58,378 nucleotides of DNA from Candidatus Dormiibacterota bacterium (GTDB taxonomy: Bacteria; Chloroflexota; Dormibacteria; CF-121). The notes beneath the pieces are model-generated. The model saw nothing but the letters and a program-made list of their open reading frames with translations. It was not told where the DNA came from and did not search any database. The stretch spans positions 1 through 58,378 of the forward strand of contig DATBYU010000140.1 in assembly GCA_036513555.1 (NCBI GenBank), in the 5' to 3' direction. Of the stretch, positions 42,538 through 51,917 are shown in pieces; the stretch's first letter is position 1; every line of letters begins with the position of its first letter. The position numbers and the translations under genes are program-made.

Positions 42538-43797
42538 ATGCAGGCTTACCAATCGGCCCCTTGTCCGTACTGCGGCATAACCTGGAACCAGCCGGGCGCC
42601 CAGACCTGCGCCAACTGCCGTAACCAGCTCCCCCCGCCGCAGGCGAGCTACGCGCCGCCTGGCTACGCTCCCGGGCAGCAAGGCCAGCCCTACGGGCAGC
42701 CGAATTATCCCCAACAGGGCTATCCGCAGCAGCCGCAGTATCCAGGAGCGCCGCAGGGCTATCCTGGCCAACCCGGTCAGCCGGGCCAGTACCCCTCCTA
42801 CGCCCCGCCGGGATACGGTCAGGCCCCCGGGTACCCGCAGCAGCCTGGCGGCTACGGCCAGGTGTATCCCGGTTATGGGCCTGCGCAGGCTCCGGGAGCC
42901 TCGGGCACAACCCTTCGGGTCTTCGGCCAGACCGTCGTGCTCCCCGTGGCCCTGCCACCGGGGCTCCTGCGTTACCAGCAGCAGATCGTCGCCGGCGCCA
43001 TCGGGTTGGTGGTCCTACTGGTGCTCCTGTTTGGCGTCATGCCGGCCGTCGCCGCCGGCCAGATTTCGGCGGCCAATCAATCACTCACGACCGCCGCCTC
43101 GCACCAGGCGAAGGTGGATGCCGCGTTTACCCAGCTGATCAGCTCGTCGAATAGTTCGAGCGACCCCAGCGCCCTCAAGACCCAGTTCGCAAAGCTGGCA
43201 ATCTCGTTCAATGACGGGCTTACCATGGTGCAAGCCGACGAGGCGGCGCTGAAGGGCGTTGACCAGCGCCTTTCGTTGATCAAATGGGGCGCGCCGACCA
43301 AGGGTGCCCAGATCACGAGCGAACGGCAGCGCCTCTCGGCTGCGCTTGCCGGGCTTCAGCAAGCCGACAAGGCGATGACCGCCGCGGTCAATGAGGCGAA
43401 GGTGATCCAGCCGTATCTCGATGCGCTGATCGACTACGCAAAGATGAGCGCCGCGTTGTCGAAACACGACCTGGTGGGGGCGGGAGCGCCCTACCCCGAT
43501 GCCCAGCAGCAAATCGAGCTGGCGATGTCGTTGTCGGGTGCTCCCGGGCTGGCGCCGCAGTTCGCAAAACAGGTGAAGAGCTTCAACGACGTCCTGACCA
43601 ATACCGAGAGCTTGATCCAGGCGATCCAGGCCAAGGATCCGGCGGGCATCAAGAAATACACGGACGCCACGAACGTGGCTTTGAAGGCGATGTCGAGCCC
43701 CGAGGAGACCCTGCCGGCGGACTATGAAACCAAGACCTTCGGTCCGATGCAGAAGGCCTACGACGCGGCGATGAAGGCGATCAGGACCGGGAGCTAA
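42538..43797 (+). CDS. zinc-ribbon / PQ-rich / single-TM protein with an all-alpha extracytoplasmic domain, hypothetical
   Basis: [19 protein letters not shown] zinc ribbon, then ~90 aa of (P/G/Y/Q) low complexity, [20 protein letters not shown], and a helical C-terminal domain. Confidence 0.6.
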   Translation: MQAYQSAPCPYCGITWNQPGAQTCANCRNQLPPPQASYAPPGYAPGQQGQPYGQPNYPQQGYPQQPQYPGAPQGYPGQPGQPGQYPSYAPPGYGQAPGYPQQPGGYGQVYPGYGPAQAPGASGTTLRVFGQTVVLPVALPPGLLRYQQQIVAGAIGLVVLLVLLFGVMPAVAAGQISAANQSLTTAASHQAKVDAAFTQLISSSNSSSDPSALKTQFAKLAISFNDGLTMVQADEAALKGVDQRLSLIKWGAPTKGAQITSERQRLSAALAGLQQADKAMTAAVNEAKVIQPYLDALIDYAKMSAALSKHDLVGAGAPYPDAQQQIELAMSLSGAPGLAPQFAKQVKSFNDVLTNTESLIQAIQAKDPAGIKKYTDATNVALKAMSSPEETLPADYETKTFGPMQKAYDAAMKAIRTGS

Positions 43798-44294
43798 CCC
43801 GGGCGACGCAGGTCGCCGCTCTTCCCCCCGCGTTTCGCCACCAACTCGATTCCCCCGATTGTCATCCAGCGGTCGACGCTTTTCGCCATGTCGACGATGG
43901 TCAGGGCCGCCACCGCCACCGCGGTGAGCGCCTCCATCTCGGCGCCGGTGCGCGCCTCGCAGCGGACGACGGACTCGATGCGGATACCAGGCAGCGTCTT
44001 GTCGGGCCGGCATACGACATCGACCATGGTGAGCGCTAATGGGTGGCACATGGGGATCAACTCGCTCGTCCGCTTAGCCCCTTGGATACCAGCGATGCGC
44101 GCGGTGCCGATCACCTCGCCTTTCGGCAGATCGCCGCGCAGGATCGCCTCGAGCGCCGCGGAGCTCATTTTGACCGACCCGCGCGCTCGTGCTTCGCGGC
44201 TCGTGACCGGTTTGGCGGAGATGTCCACCATGCGGGCGTCCCCGCTGGGTCCGACATGGGTGAGCTTTGCGGTCTTTACCCGGACTGCCTTCAT
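43794..44294 (-). CDS. moaC: cyclic pyranopterin monophosphate synthase MoaC
   Basis: [29 protein letters not shown] and IPMCHPL...V are MoaC hallmarks. Confidence 0.9.
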   Translation of the reverse strand: MKAVRVKTAKLTHVGPSGDARMVDISAKPVTSREARARGSVKMSSAALEAILRGDLPKGEVIGTARIAGIQGAKRTSELIPMCHPLALTMVDVVCRPDKTLPGIRIESVVRCEARTGAEMEALTAVAVAALTIVDMAKSVDRWMTIGGIELVAKRGGKSGDLRRPG

Positions 44295-45508
44295 CCGTCC
44301 TCTCCGCGCAGCGCATCCAGGTCATCGCGCCTGACGTCTTTCTGATGTGACGGCGCCGCCGTGCCGCGGCTGATGACGTGATCGCCAAAACGACCGCGCA
44401 GCTCGTCGAGTTGCGCGTCGAGCATGGCCAGCCGCGGCGACCGGCTCTCCAGGAGGCTCAGCTGCGTGGTGCACGCTTCGAGGTTGCTGACGCCGGCCCC
44501 GATCAGTCGTACGGGCCGGCCGGGGGCGACCTGCGTCTCCAGCAAATGACGCAACGCCGCGGCCAGCTGGTCGTCGCGGTCGGTGGGGTAGGGGAGGGTG
44601 GCCTGCCGCGACTGGGTGTCGAAGGGTTGATACCGGATCTTGAGCACCACCGTCCGCGCCGACAATCGGTGCGCGCGAAGGCTTTGGGAAACGTCCTGCA
44701 GGAGCCCCAGTGCCGTTTCCCGCACCTTGCCCGCATCGCTCACGTCCCGGTCGAAGGTGATCTCGCGGGAGATGCTCTTCGGATCGCCCGGGGGCATGAC
44801 GGGGCTCGCATCGAGGCCGCGAGCGTGGCCGCCCAGGGCGCGTCCGTACTGGCCAAACAGCTCGCCGAGCAACGGGTCGGGCAGGGCGGCCAGGTCGCCG
44901 ATGGTGCGGACGCCGACGCGCTCTAGCTTGACCGCGGTGGCGGGCCCGCATCCCGGAAGCCTGGACAGTGGAAGCGGGGCGAGGAAGGAAGCCTCCTCAC
45001 CGGGCCGGACCACGACCAGGCCCCGCGGCTTGCGCAGCTCGGAGGCGACCTTGGCGACCAGCTTGCAGCTCGCCACGCCAATGCTGAGGTCGAGCCCGCA
45101 CCGCGTCTTGACCTCGTCGCGGAGCCGGACGGCGACCACGGCGGGCGGCCCCATGAGCGCCTCCTGGCCGGTGAGGTCCAGGTAGGCCTCGTCGAGCGCG
45201 ATCGGCTCAATCCTCGGGGAGTAGCGGTCGAGGATGGCGAAGACCGATTTCGAGGCGTCACGGTAGGCGTGAAAATCGCAGGGCACGAAGATACCGTTGG
45301 GGCAGAGGCGCCGCGCCCGGCTCAGTGGCATCGCCGAGCGCACCCCGAAAGGACGGGCCTCGTATGAGGCCGCGGCCACCACACCCCGCTCCCCCGGCGT
45401 GCCAGCCCCCCCGACGATCACCGGTTTGCCGCGCAGCTCCGGGCGGCGCAGCTGCTCGACCGAGGCATAAAAGGCATCGAGGTCGACATGCATGACCACC
45501 CGTTGCAC
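44291..45508 (-). CDS. dinB: DNA polymerase IV (Y-family)
   Basis: VMHVDLDAFYASVEQLRRPELRGKPVIVGG and SIDEAYLD-like PIALDEAYLDLTG, with a little-finger domain. Its stop overlaps the moaC start (ATGA). Confidence 0.9.
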   Translation of the reverse strand: MQRVVMHVDLDAFYASVEQLRRPELRGKPVIVGGAGTPGERGVVAAASYEARPFGVRSAMPLSRARRLCPNGIFVPCDFHAYRDASKSVFAILDRYSPRIEPIALDEAYLDLTGQEALMGPPAVVAVRLRDEVKTRCGLDLSIGVASCKLVAKVASELRKPRGLVVVRPGEEASFLAPLPLSRLPGCGPATAVKLERVGVRTIGDLAALPDPLLGELFGQYGRALGGHARGLDASPVMPPGDPKSISREITFDRDVSDAGKVRETALGLLQDVSQSLRAHRLSARTVVLKIRYQPFDTQSRQATLPYPTDRDDQLAAALRHLLETQVAPGRPVRLIGAGVSNLEACTTQLSLLESRSPRLAMLDAQLDELRGRFGDHVISRGTAAPSHQKDVRRDDLDALRGEDG

Positions 45509-45716
45509 GCGACTATCTTGCCAGCATGTAACAGCTGCGTGACAAGCGGGTATATGCCGTGTCGCGACGAGATGGCGTTGCTATGATCCGCGAGCTGGCT
45601 AGGCCCGCCGGCGCAGCTGATTCCCGTCCCCCTCTTCGGATCCAACGCCAACCCCTCCTTCCGGCGGGCCCGCTTTTTCCCTGCAAGGATGGATTGGACG
45701 TTTCGTTGCGTGCTCG

Positions 45717-46472
45717 ATGGCCCGGCTCATCACGATTGGAGTCGCCATCGTTTCCTGCCTCCTGGTGTGGAAGAGTGGCGCCATCAACTCGGTGCTCCCC
45801 GGACAGCAGTCAGCACCCCCTCCGCCACTCGATGCCGGCCCCGTCATCAGCAAGAGCGGCGACGCGATGCAGAGCCTGAAAAGCGTCCACCTCACGCTGG
45901 CCGGCAACCTTGTGCTCAACGGCCTGGCCGGCGTCAAAGTCACCGGGTCCGGCGACCTGGTCTACCCGCACAAAGAGAACCTCAGCCTCCAGATGGAGGT
46001 CCCATCGGCGAGTGGCTATGTGATCGTGGCCATCAATGAGCGGATCGAGAACGGCCACGAATATATCCAGGTCCCCTCACAGGGCCCGGCCTGGAAAGAC
46101 GTCACCGGCAACTCGAAAGGCCAGATCGCACCCGGCATGGACCCGATCGCGAACTTGGAGTTCGCTCATGCCTTCCGCGCTTCCGATGATCTTGGCGACA
46201 TCACCATGGACAACATCGACGTCCATCATTTCTCCCTGACCGTCGACCCCGGCAAATACCTCGAGCAGCTCAAATCGGATCCGAACAGCGGCGTCTCCGC
46301 CGCCGACGAGGCCGCCCTGACCAACGCCGGTATCCAGGTCGAGGTGTGGGTGTCCGCCAGCGACCGCTACATGCACCAGATGAAGATCGATATGAGCACG
46401 ACCCAATTCACCTGGTCCGTCACCTACCACTTCTCGAGCTTCGTGGCTGGTGGCGGCACGACCTCGGCTTAG
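45717..46472 (+). CDS. lipoprotein, possibly LppX/LprG (LolA-like) family
   Basis: Signal plus lipobox MARLITIGVAIVSC. The mature part, AMQSLKSVHLTLAGNL.., resembles the LprG-family pattern. Family assignment is tentative. Confidence 0.5.
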   Translation: MARLITIGVAIVSCLLVWKSGAINSVLPGQQSAPPPPLDAGPVISKSGDAMQSLKSVHLTLAGNLVLNGLAGVKVTGSGDLVYPHKENLSLQMEVPSASGYVIVAINERIENGHEYIQVPSQGPAWKDVTGNSKGQIAPGMDPIANLEFAHAFRASDDLGDITMDNIDVHHFSLTVDPGKYLEQLKSDPNSGVSAADEAALTNAGIQVEVWVSASDRYMHQMKIDMSTTQFTWSVTYHFSSFVAGGGTTSA

Positions 46473-46765
46473 ACCGAGACCTTCTCCCGAGACCGTTCCG
46501 CCTCTTTCGAAGTCGGCGGTGGTGGGTTCTTCGTATATTCGCGCAGGTCGTCCTCGGTCAGGTGGCCGGCCGCGATCAACAGCTCGACATAGGTGACACC
46601 CAGGTGCGGAGCTGCCCGGCGGAGTACCCACGGGGGCGGGTTTTCCTTGTTCTTGTTAACCGCCTGGTAGAAGTAAATCTGGTTCAGGTCGCAGCGAACC
46701 GCGAGCCGGTGCAGAGAAATGTTCTGCTCGCGACACTTGCGCTTCAGATAATCGCGGAAGTCCAC
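46469..46765 (-). CDS. XRE-like helix-turn-helix protein
   Basis: ISLHRLAVRCDLNQIYFYQAVNK HTH. GTG 46765 lies 11 nt after GGAGG. Visibly lower GC than its surroundings. Confidence 0.6.
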   Translation of the reverse strand: MDFRDYLKRKCREQNISLHRLAVRCDLNQIYFYQAVNKNKENPPPWVLRRAAPHLGVTYVELLIAAGHLTEDDLREYTKNPPPPTSKEAERSREKVSV

Positions 46766-46798
46766 CGCCCCACCTACCTCCAGAACCCATCCGCGACG

Positions 46799-47587
46799 CT
46801 ACTCGCGCGACGTAACTCCATTATAGGTATCCGCCCCAGCATTCCCGGGAATCAGAAGGTTGACGATAGCCGGTAGCTCACCTAGTCGCTGAATGACGAA
46901 ATCCGCCACACCTGGGTCGTCCTCCTGCCGCCATTCCCGGGTCAGCACTGCGCGCATGCCCAGCGACTTCGGCCCCTGCACGTCCTCTCGAACCCGGTCG
47001 CCGACGAACAGCGTTCTCGATGGCTCGACGCCGACCTTGGCGAGCGCGTCCTGGTAGATCGCGGGATGCGGCTTGCGGACGCCGATCTCGGAGGAGAACG
47101 TCACGCCGCGGAAGAACTTCGTCAGGCCAAGCGCGTCCAGCTGCGCCTTCATCAGGCGGGGCAGGTAGGCGGCGTTGGAGACCAGGCCGAGGCGTATGCC
47201 CTGGTGCCGAAGCTCCTCCAGCGTAGAAACCACGTCGGGGCCGACGTGCACGCTGTTCAGCCAGCCCTCCTGTTCGAGTTCCATGACCCGCTCGATCAGC
47301 GCAGGTTCCAGCTCCAGCCCGATGCCGCGCAGGGCGGCGTCGTAGATGGCAGCGATCTCGACTTCCTCGGGCCGGCCGGCGGCGTAGTCGCGCTGGATCT
47401 CCTCGTCGACCCGTTGCGAAACCTTTTCGATCATGACTTGCGCAGCTGGCACCTCGCGCTCCAGGGTGTCCGCCAGGAGCCGGTTGACGTTTTCGTATGC
47501 GCCGAGCAGCGTCGAGTGCGGCCGCTCGTCGAAATAGATCAACGTGTGGCCGTAGTCGAGGAGGACCGCTTCGATCGGCCCGCTCAT
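46799..47587 (-). CDS. HAD-superfamily hydrolase
   Basis: Motif I VLLDYGHTL, motif II GLVSNA, and motif IV FVGDRVREDV. ATG 47587 overlaps the nfo stop (ATGA). The track start at 47782 lies inside nfo. Confidence 0.8.
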   Translation of the reverse strand: MSGPIEAVLLDYGHTLIYFDERPHSTLLGAYENVNRLLADTLEREVPAAQVMIEKVSQRVDEEIQRDYAAGRPEEVEIAAIYDAALRGIGLELEPALIERVMELEQEGWLNSVHVGPDVVSTLEELRHQGIRLGLVSNAAYLPRLMKAQLDALGLTKFFRGVTFSSEIGVRKPHPAIYQDALAKVGVEPSRTLFVGDRVREDVQGPKSLGMRAVLTREWRQEDDPGVADFVIQRLGELPAIVNLLIPGNAGADTYNGVTSRE

Positions 47588-48444
47588 CGAAGCGCCCTGA
47601 GAGCGTTCAAGTTCTCGCGCCCTTCGAGCATCTCCTCGCCCGGCGTTTCCAGGATGAACGCGCAGTGGGCCAGCGGGTCGAAATGGAGCAAGGCCTTGAA
47701 GCCTTCGAGCCCCACGTTGCCCTGGCCGATGTTGACGTGCCGGTCGGCCTTCCCGCCCAGGGTGACGGTCGTGTCGTTGCAATGACAGGCGCGGATCCGC
47801 TCCGCCGGAACGATGGCGGTGAGCTGCTCCAGCGTCGAGCGCATCCCTTCCGCCCCGGCCACGTCGTAACCGGACGCGTAAGCGTGGGCGGTATCGAAGC
47901 AGACGCCCAGCCGCTCGGCGTGCTGCGGCAACCGGGAAAGGATCTGCGCCAGGTCATCGAACTTCGCGCCGACGTAGGCGCCGCCTCCGGCCGAGGTTTC
48001 GAGCAAGCATGCGGCCGAGCCGCCAGCCGCGCCCAGCACCTGGTCCAGCTGGGCCACCACCCGATCGATACCGGCCTGCGCGCCATCGCCCATGTGGCTC
48101 CCAACGTGGGTCACGACGAACTGGCAGCCGTACGCCTCGGCGCGCTCCAGTTCCGCCTTCAGCGCCTCGCGCGATTTCTTTTGAAAGTTCGGATTCGGCG
48201 AGGCCAGATTGATCAGGTACATCGCGTGTGACATCGCCGGACGCACGTCCATCTCCTTGAGTGCGGCTTTGAAGACCGCGGTGGCCTTGGGATCGACCGA
48301 CGCCGAGCGCCAGGCGCTCGGGTTGCCAGTGAAGATCTGCACGGCCTGCAGCTGCAGCGCTTTGATCATCTCCACGGCCTTGTCGAGGCCGCGGCCGGTG
48401 CGCATGTGCATGCCGATTCGGCGTTCCTGGGCCATCGCACTCAA
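47584..48444 (-). CDS. nfo: deoxyribonuclease IV (endonuclease IV, AP endonuclease family 2)
   Basis: IGMHMRTGRGL, VVTHVGSH, CFDTAHAYASGYD and CHCND...LGGKADRHVNIGQG. Confidence 0.9.
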   Translation of the reverse strand: MSAMAQERRIGMHMRTGRGLDKAVEMIKALQLQAVQIFTGNPSAWRSASVDPKATAVFKAALKEMDVRPAMSHAMYLINLASPNPNFQKKSREALKAELERAEAYGCQFVVTHVGSHMGDGAQAGIDRVVAQLDQVLGAAGGSAACLLETSAGGGAYVGAKFDDLAQILSRLPQHAERLGVCFDTAHAYASGYDVAGAEGMRSTLEQLTAIVPAERIRACHCNDTTVTLGGKADRHVNIGQGNVGLEGFKALLHFDPLAHCAFILETPGEEMLEGRENLNALRALR

Positions 48445-48461
48445 TTGTATGAAGCCTTTTC

Positions 48462-48496
48462 TTTCCCTCCCCCCTGGGGGAGGGCAGAGTGGGGGC
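48462..48496 (+). repeat. REP/MITE-like G/C hairpin element, copy 4 (in a divergent promoter region)
   Basis: tttCCCTCCCCCctGGGGGAGGGCAGAGTGGGGGC. Confidence 0.8.
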
Positions 48497-48512
48497 TCGA
48501 TAAACTCAACCC

Positions 48513-49094
48513 GTGTACCAGCTCACGACTTTCTCGGTGGGCCCCTACGACAACAACGTCTACGTGCTGAGCGATCCGAAGACCAAGGAGGCGCTTCTGA
48601 TCGACGCCGCCAATGACGCGCCGCGCATCATCAAAGAGCTTGCAGGCCTGCGGGTCAGCAACATCCTGACCACGCATGGACACGCCGACCATGTCCAGGC
48701 CCTGAAATCGGTTCGCGAGCAAACCCATGCCCGCTTTACCTGTCACGAGGCGGACGAGTCGATGATGCCGATCAAGGCCGATCACCGTGTTCAAGACGGC
48801 GAGCGGTTTCGCTTTGGCGAGTACGAACTCGTCGCACTTCACACGCCGGGCCACACGCCGGGCAGCATCTGCTTCCTCGGCGGTGAACTCCTATTTTCCG
48901 GCGATACCCTCTTTCCCGGCGGGCCGGGCAATACCAAAAATCCTTACGCGAGCTTTCCGACCATCATCGCGAGCATCCGCGGCAAGCTCTTCACCCTCTC
49001 AGACGAGACCCGGGTACTCCCGGGCCACGGCAACCCCACCACCATCGGCCGGGAGCGGCCGCACCTGGACGAGTGGATCCAGCGCGGCTGGTAG
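48513..49094 (+). CDS. MBL-fold metallo-hydrolase (glyoxalase II-like)
   Basis: NVYVLSD..EALLIDAA, TTHGHADHV, LHTPGHTPGS, GDTLF and LPGHG. Confidence 0.85.
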   Translation: MYQLTTFSVGPYDNNVYVLSDPKTKEALLIDAANDAPRIIKELAGLRVSNILTTHGHADHVQALKSVREQTHARFTCHEADESMMPIKADHRVQDGERFRFGEYELVALHTPGHTPGSICFLGGELLFSGDTLFPGGPGNTKNPYASFPTIIASIRGKLFTLSDETRVLPGHGNPTTIGRERPHLDEWIQRGW

Positions 49095-51355
49095 CGGCCG
49101 AACCGGCACGCCCGGCCAGCGATTTTCTCGCTCGCGATCCCCGATCGATCGCCCGTGTCCGCAACGCTCGCGCGCGCGACAATCGAGTCGAGCTGACCGC
49201 CGAGGATGACCGCGGTCGGGGAGTTCCAATCGAGATCCGACCGGTGGCGCCCGACATCGTGCGCCTCCATGTCGGCGCTGGAGCGGGCAGGCCATCGCGG
49301 CTGCTGGTCGACGATGCGCCGTCCGCCACGCCGTGGAAGATGAATGACAGGGCCGAGGGGTGGTCCATCTCAACGTCGGCGCTGACTCTCGAGATCGATC
49401 GCGCTCCGTTTCGCGTGCGACTCAAAGACACGGTTGGCACGGTGCGCTTCGTCGATGAGCCGAACGATCGCGACATCCGCGGCGGCTTTCATCACTTTCC
49501 GACCGGTCATGCGCGCGGCTTGCGCTGGTTGACCGCCCGGCTCAAACCGGATGAGGCGCTCTTCGGACTCGGCGAGCATTTTGGGGCCCTCAATCGTCGC
49601 GGCCAGGCGTTCGCGTCCTGGACCGTCGACGCGTTCGGCGTCCGCAGTGACCGCGCCTACAAGAACGTGCCGCTCCTCGTCAGTTCTGAGGGCTACGGCG
49701 CTTTCTTCGACATGACCGCGCCGCTCTACTACGACCTGGGCCAGGCATCAATGGCCGCCTGGCAGGCCACTGCTCGCGCCGATCACCTGCGGGTCTACCT
49801 GATGGTGGGCGATGGCATTGCCCCGATCGCGCAGGCCTACCATCGGCTGACCGGCGCGCCCGGGGTTCCGCCCGACTGGTCCTTCGGGTTCTGGATCAGC
49901 CGCTGGGGCTATCGCAATCGGGAGGAGGTGATGACAGTTGCCCGCCGGATGCGAGAGGAACGCGTTCCTTGCGATGTCATCCACGTCGATCCCTACTGGA
50001 TGCGCTACCACGAAGGCCACCACGGCGACCTCGAGTGGGACGAGTCGGCCTTCCCTGATCCGAAAGGAATGATCGCCGAGCTCACAGCGCTCGGCTTCAA
50101 GTTGTCCCTGTGGGAAAGCCCGTACGTACCGCTCGACTCCGAGATGCGAGTCGAGGGCGAGCGCAAAGGATTCCTGCTGAAGACGAAGGATGGCAGTGGC
50201 CCAGCCCTCGTCCACGGATTTGCCAAACCAAGCGCCGCGGTCGACTTCACGAACCCCGAGGCAGTGGAGTGGTTCAAGGCGAAGAACCGCCGGCTGCTGC
50301 AGATGGGGGTCGCGGTGATGAAGACCGACTTCGCCGAAGACATGCCCGACGACGCCGTGCCCCATGACGGCACGCCCGCCGAACAGCTGCACAACTTGTA
50401 TCCCCTGCTCTACCAGCGAGCGGTCTTCGAGGCGACCCAGGAGGTGCACGGTTACGGCCTCATCTGGGGCCGCTCGGGCTATGCCGGGTCGCAGCGATAC
50501 CCCGTGCACTGGGGCGGCGACCCAGGCTGCACCTTTGACGACATGGCGGCCAGCCTGCGCGGCGCGCTGAGCTGGATCCTCTCGGGCGCGGCCTTCGCCA
50601 GCTTCGACATGGGCGGCTTCTTTGGGATCCCGACGGTCACCGACCCTCCGAGTCCGGAACTCTACGTGCGCTGGTCCCAGATGGGTCTCCTGTTCTCCCA
50701 CGCGCGGGCGCACGGGCACAGGGCGCCGCGCGAGCCCTGGGCGTTTGGCGAGCCCGCGCTGTCGATCTTCCGCCGTTACGCCCAACTCCGCTACCGTCTC
50801 CTTCCTTACTTATACGCAGCCGCGCGTCGCGCTCCACAAGGCGTGCCATTGGCGCGGCCGCTGGTCTACGATCATCCGTCAGACCGGACGACCTGGCATA
50901 TCGACGACGAATATCTCCTCGGCCCGGATCTGCTGGTTGCCCCGATGTTCGAGCCAAGGGGCCGCCGCGATGTCTACCTGCCGGCCGGCGGATGGTACGA
51001 CTTCTGGACCGATCAGCGATTCGATGGTGCGCGGTGGATCACCTACGACGCGGAGCTGGAAACACTCCCGTTGTTCGTGCGTGCGGGCGCCGTTCTTCCG
51101 ATGGGCCCGGAGCTGCAGTATGCGAATGAGCAGGTTTGGGACCCGCTTAGCTTCGACGTTTACCCGGACGCTACCGGTACCACGGAGTTTGGGCTGAGTG
51201 ACGATCGCAGACATCTGCGCTTCAAGCTCACGGTCGCCGAGCAAAGCATCTTGCTGGAAGGCGGCCCGCTCGACTACGAGGCCGTCGTTTCCGTGCACCG
51301 ACCAGATGGTCCGCCGCGTGCCGGCATCCTCGGCCAACCAGTATTGCGTGCGTAG
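49073..51355 (+). CDS. glycoside hydrolase family 31 (alpha-glucosidase/alpha-xylosidase type)
   Basis: FWISRWGYRNREEV, DVIHVDPYWM, catalytic-region KTDFAEDMP and HWGGD. Start is approximate (22-nt overlap with the upstream gene). Confidence 0.85.
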   Translation: MDPARLVAAEPARPASDFLARDPRSIARVRNARARDNRVELTAEDDRGRGVPIEIRPVAPDIVRLHVGAGAGRPSRLLVDDAPSATPWKMNDRAEGWSISTSALTLEIDRAPFRVRLKDTVGTVRFVDEPNDRDIRGGFHHFPTGHARGLRWLTARLKPDEALFGLGEHFGALNRRGQAFASWTVDAFGVRSDRAYKNVPLLVSSEGYGAFFDMTAPLYYDLGQASMAAWQATARADHLRVYLMVGDGIAPIAQAYHRLTGAPGVPPDWSFGFWISRWGYRNREEVMTVARRMREERVPCDVIHVDPYWMRYHEGHHGDLEWDESAFPDPKGMIAELTALGFKLSLWESPYVPLDSEMRVEGERKGFLLKTKDGSGPALVHGFAKPSAAVDFTNPEAVEWFKAKNRRLLQMGVAVMKTDFAEDMPDDAVPHDGTPAEQLHNLYPLLYQRAVFEATQEVHGYGLIWGRSGYAGSQRYPVHWGGDPGCTFDDMAASLRGALSWILSGAAFASFDMGGFFGIPTVTDPPSPELYVRWSQMGLLFSHARAHGHRAPREPWAFGEPALSIFRRYAQLRYRLLPYLYAAARRAPQGVPLARPLVYDHPSDRTTWHIDDEYLLGPDLLVAPMFEPRGRRDVYLPAGGWYDFWTDQRFDGARWITYDAELETLPLFVRAGAVLPMGPELQYANEQVWDPLSFDVYPDATGTTEFGLSDDRRHLRFKLTVAEQSILLEGGPLDYEAVVSVHRPDGPPRAGILGQPVLRA

Positions 51356-51367
51356 CCTTGCCTGGTC

Positions 51368-51901
51368 TCAGGCACTTAGCCGAATGAAGACTTGGGCCGC
51401 TTCCAGGATCTTTTCCGTTCGGCTGTTCGGGATGTGGATGCGCACGCCTGGGTGCGCGGCGGTGCCGAAGTCCCAGCCCTCGAGATATCGCGAGCGGATG
51501 TCGCCTACGGTCTTGACCGCGGCCGTGCTGGAGCCGTTCGTCATCCAAACCATCGGTTCGCGTCCGGTCGCGTAGCCGAGCCCGATCTCGGTACCGCTAT
51601 CGCGGAAGAAGCGCAGGCGAGCCAACGACGCATCGGGTGGAACCAGGTCGTTGGAGCTCTCCGCCACCTGTTGCAGCGTCGGCATCTGACCCTGGGCCAC
51701 GGTGGTCCGGACCTGCATCCGCGCCTTCAGGTGCTGCGAGCGCTCGCGCTTCTTCTGCTCGCTGACCACCTGCTGGATCTGCGCTCGCAACCGGCCCAAG
51801 GCCTCCTCCAGGGGCGTCATCTCGGCCATGATCTCGCGCACCCGGCGGGCAAGCTCGTCATCCGACGCCTGCTCGAGGTTCAGAGGCTCTGCCATCGCCA
51901 T
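51368..51901 (-). CDS. hypothetical protein (177 aa, N-terminal coiled coil)
   Basis: ATG 51901 (MAMAEPLNLEQ...). The upstream part of track ORF (to 52015) overlaps the divergent M20 gene. No family recognised. Confidence 0.5.
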   Translation of the reverse strand: MAMAEPLNLEQASDDELARRVREIMAEMTPLEEALGRLRAQIQQVVSEQKKRERSQHLKARMQVRTTVAQGQMPTLQQVAESSNDLVPPDASLARLRFFRDSGTEIGLGYATGREPMVWMTNGSSTAAVKTVGDIRSRYLEGWDFGTAAHPGVRIHIPNSRTEKILEAAQVFIRLSA

Positions 51902-51917
51902 ACAATTATTGGCCAGC

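Noticed and set aside
42640-42900. Apparent nucleotide-level repeats (ccgcagcagccg.., ggctatcc..), and the similar ggcgt/gggg-rich tract at 3110-3190
   Set aside because: These are in-frame low-complexity coding segments: a PQGY-rich linker in the zinc-ribbon protein and a Pro/Thr linker in the C39-like peptidase. They are not independent DNA repeat elements or CRISPR-like arrays.
41354-42958. 534-aa minus-strand ORF over mogA/DUF72, and similar shadows at 19223-20410, 24501-25469, 43081-44049, 49748-50785, 52750-54207, 54050-55075 and 56724-57470
   Set aside because: All are antisense or off-frame to genes with clear family signatures, and all translate to Arg/Pro/Gly-rich sequence with no domains I can recognise.
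45509-45716. LexA/SOS box upstream of dinB (CAGC-TGTTACAT-GCTG partial palindrome)
   Set aside because: It does not match any LexA consensus I know (CTGT-N8-ACAG, CGAAC-N4-GTTCG, TCGAAC-N4-GTTCGA). The 4-bp arms are too weak to claim.
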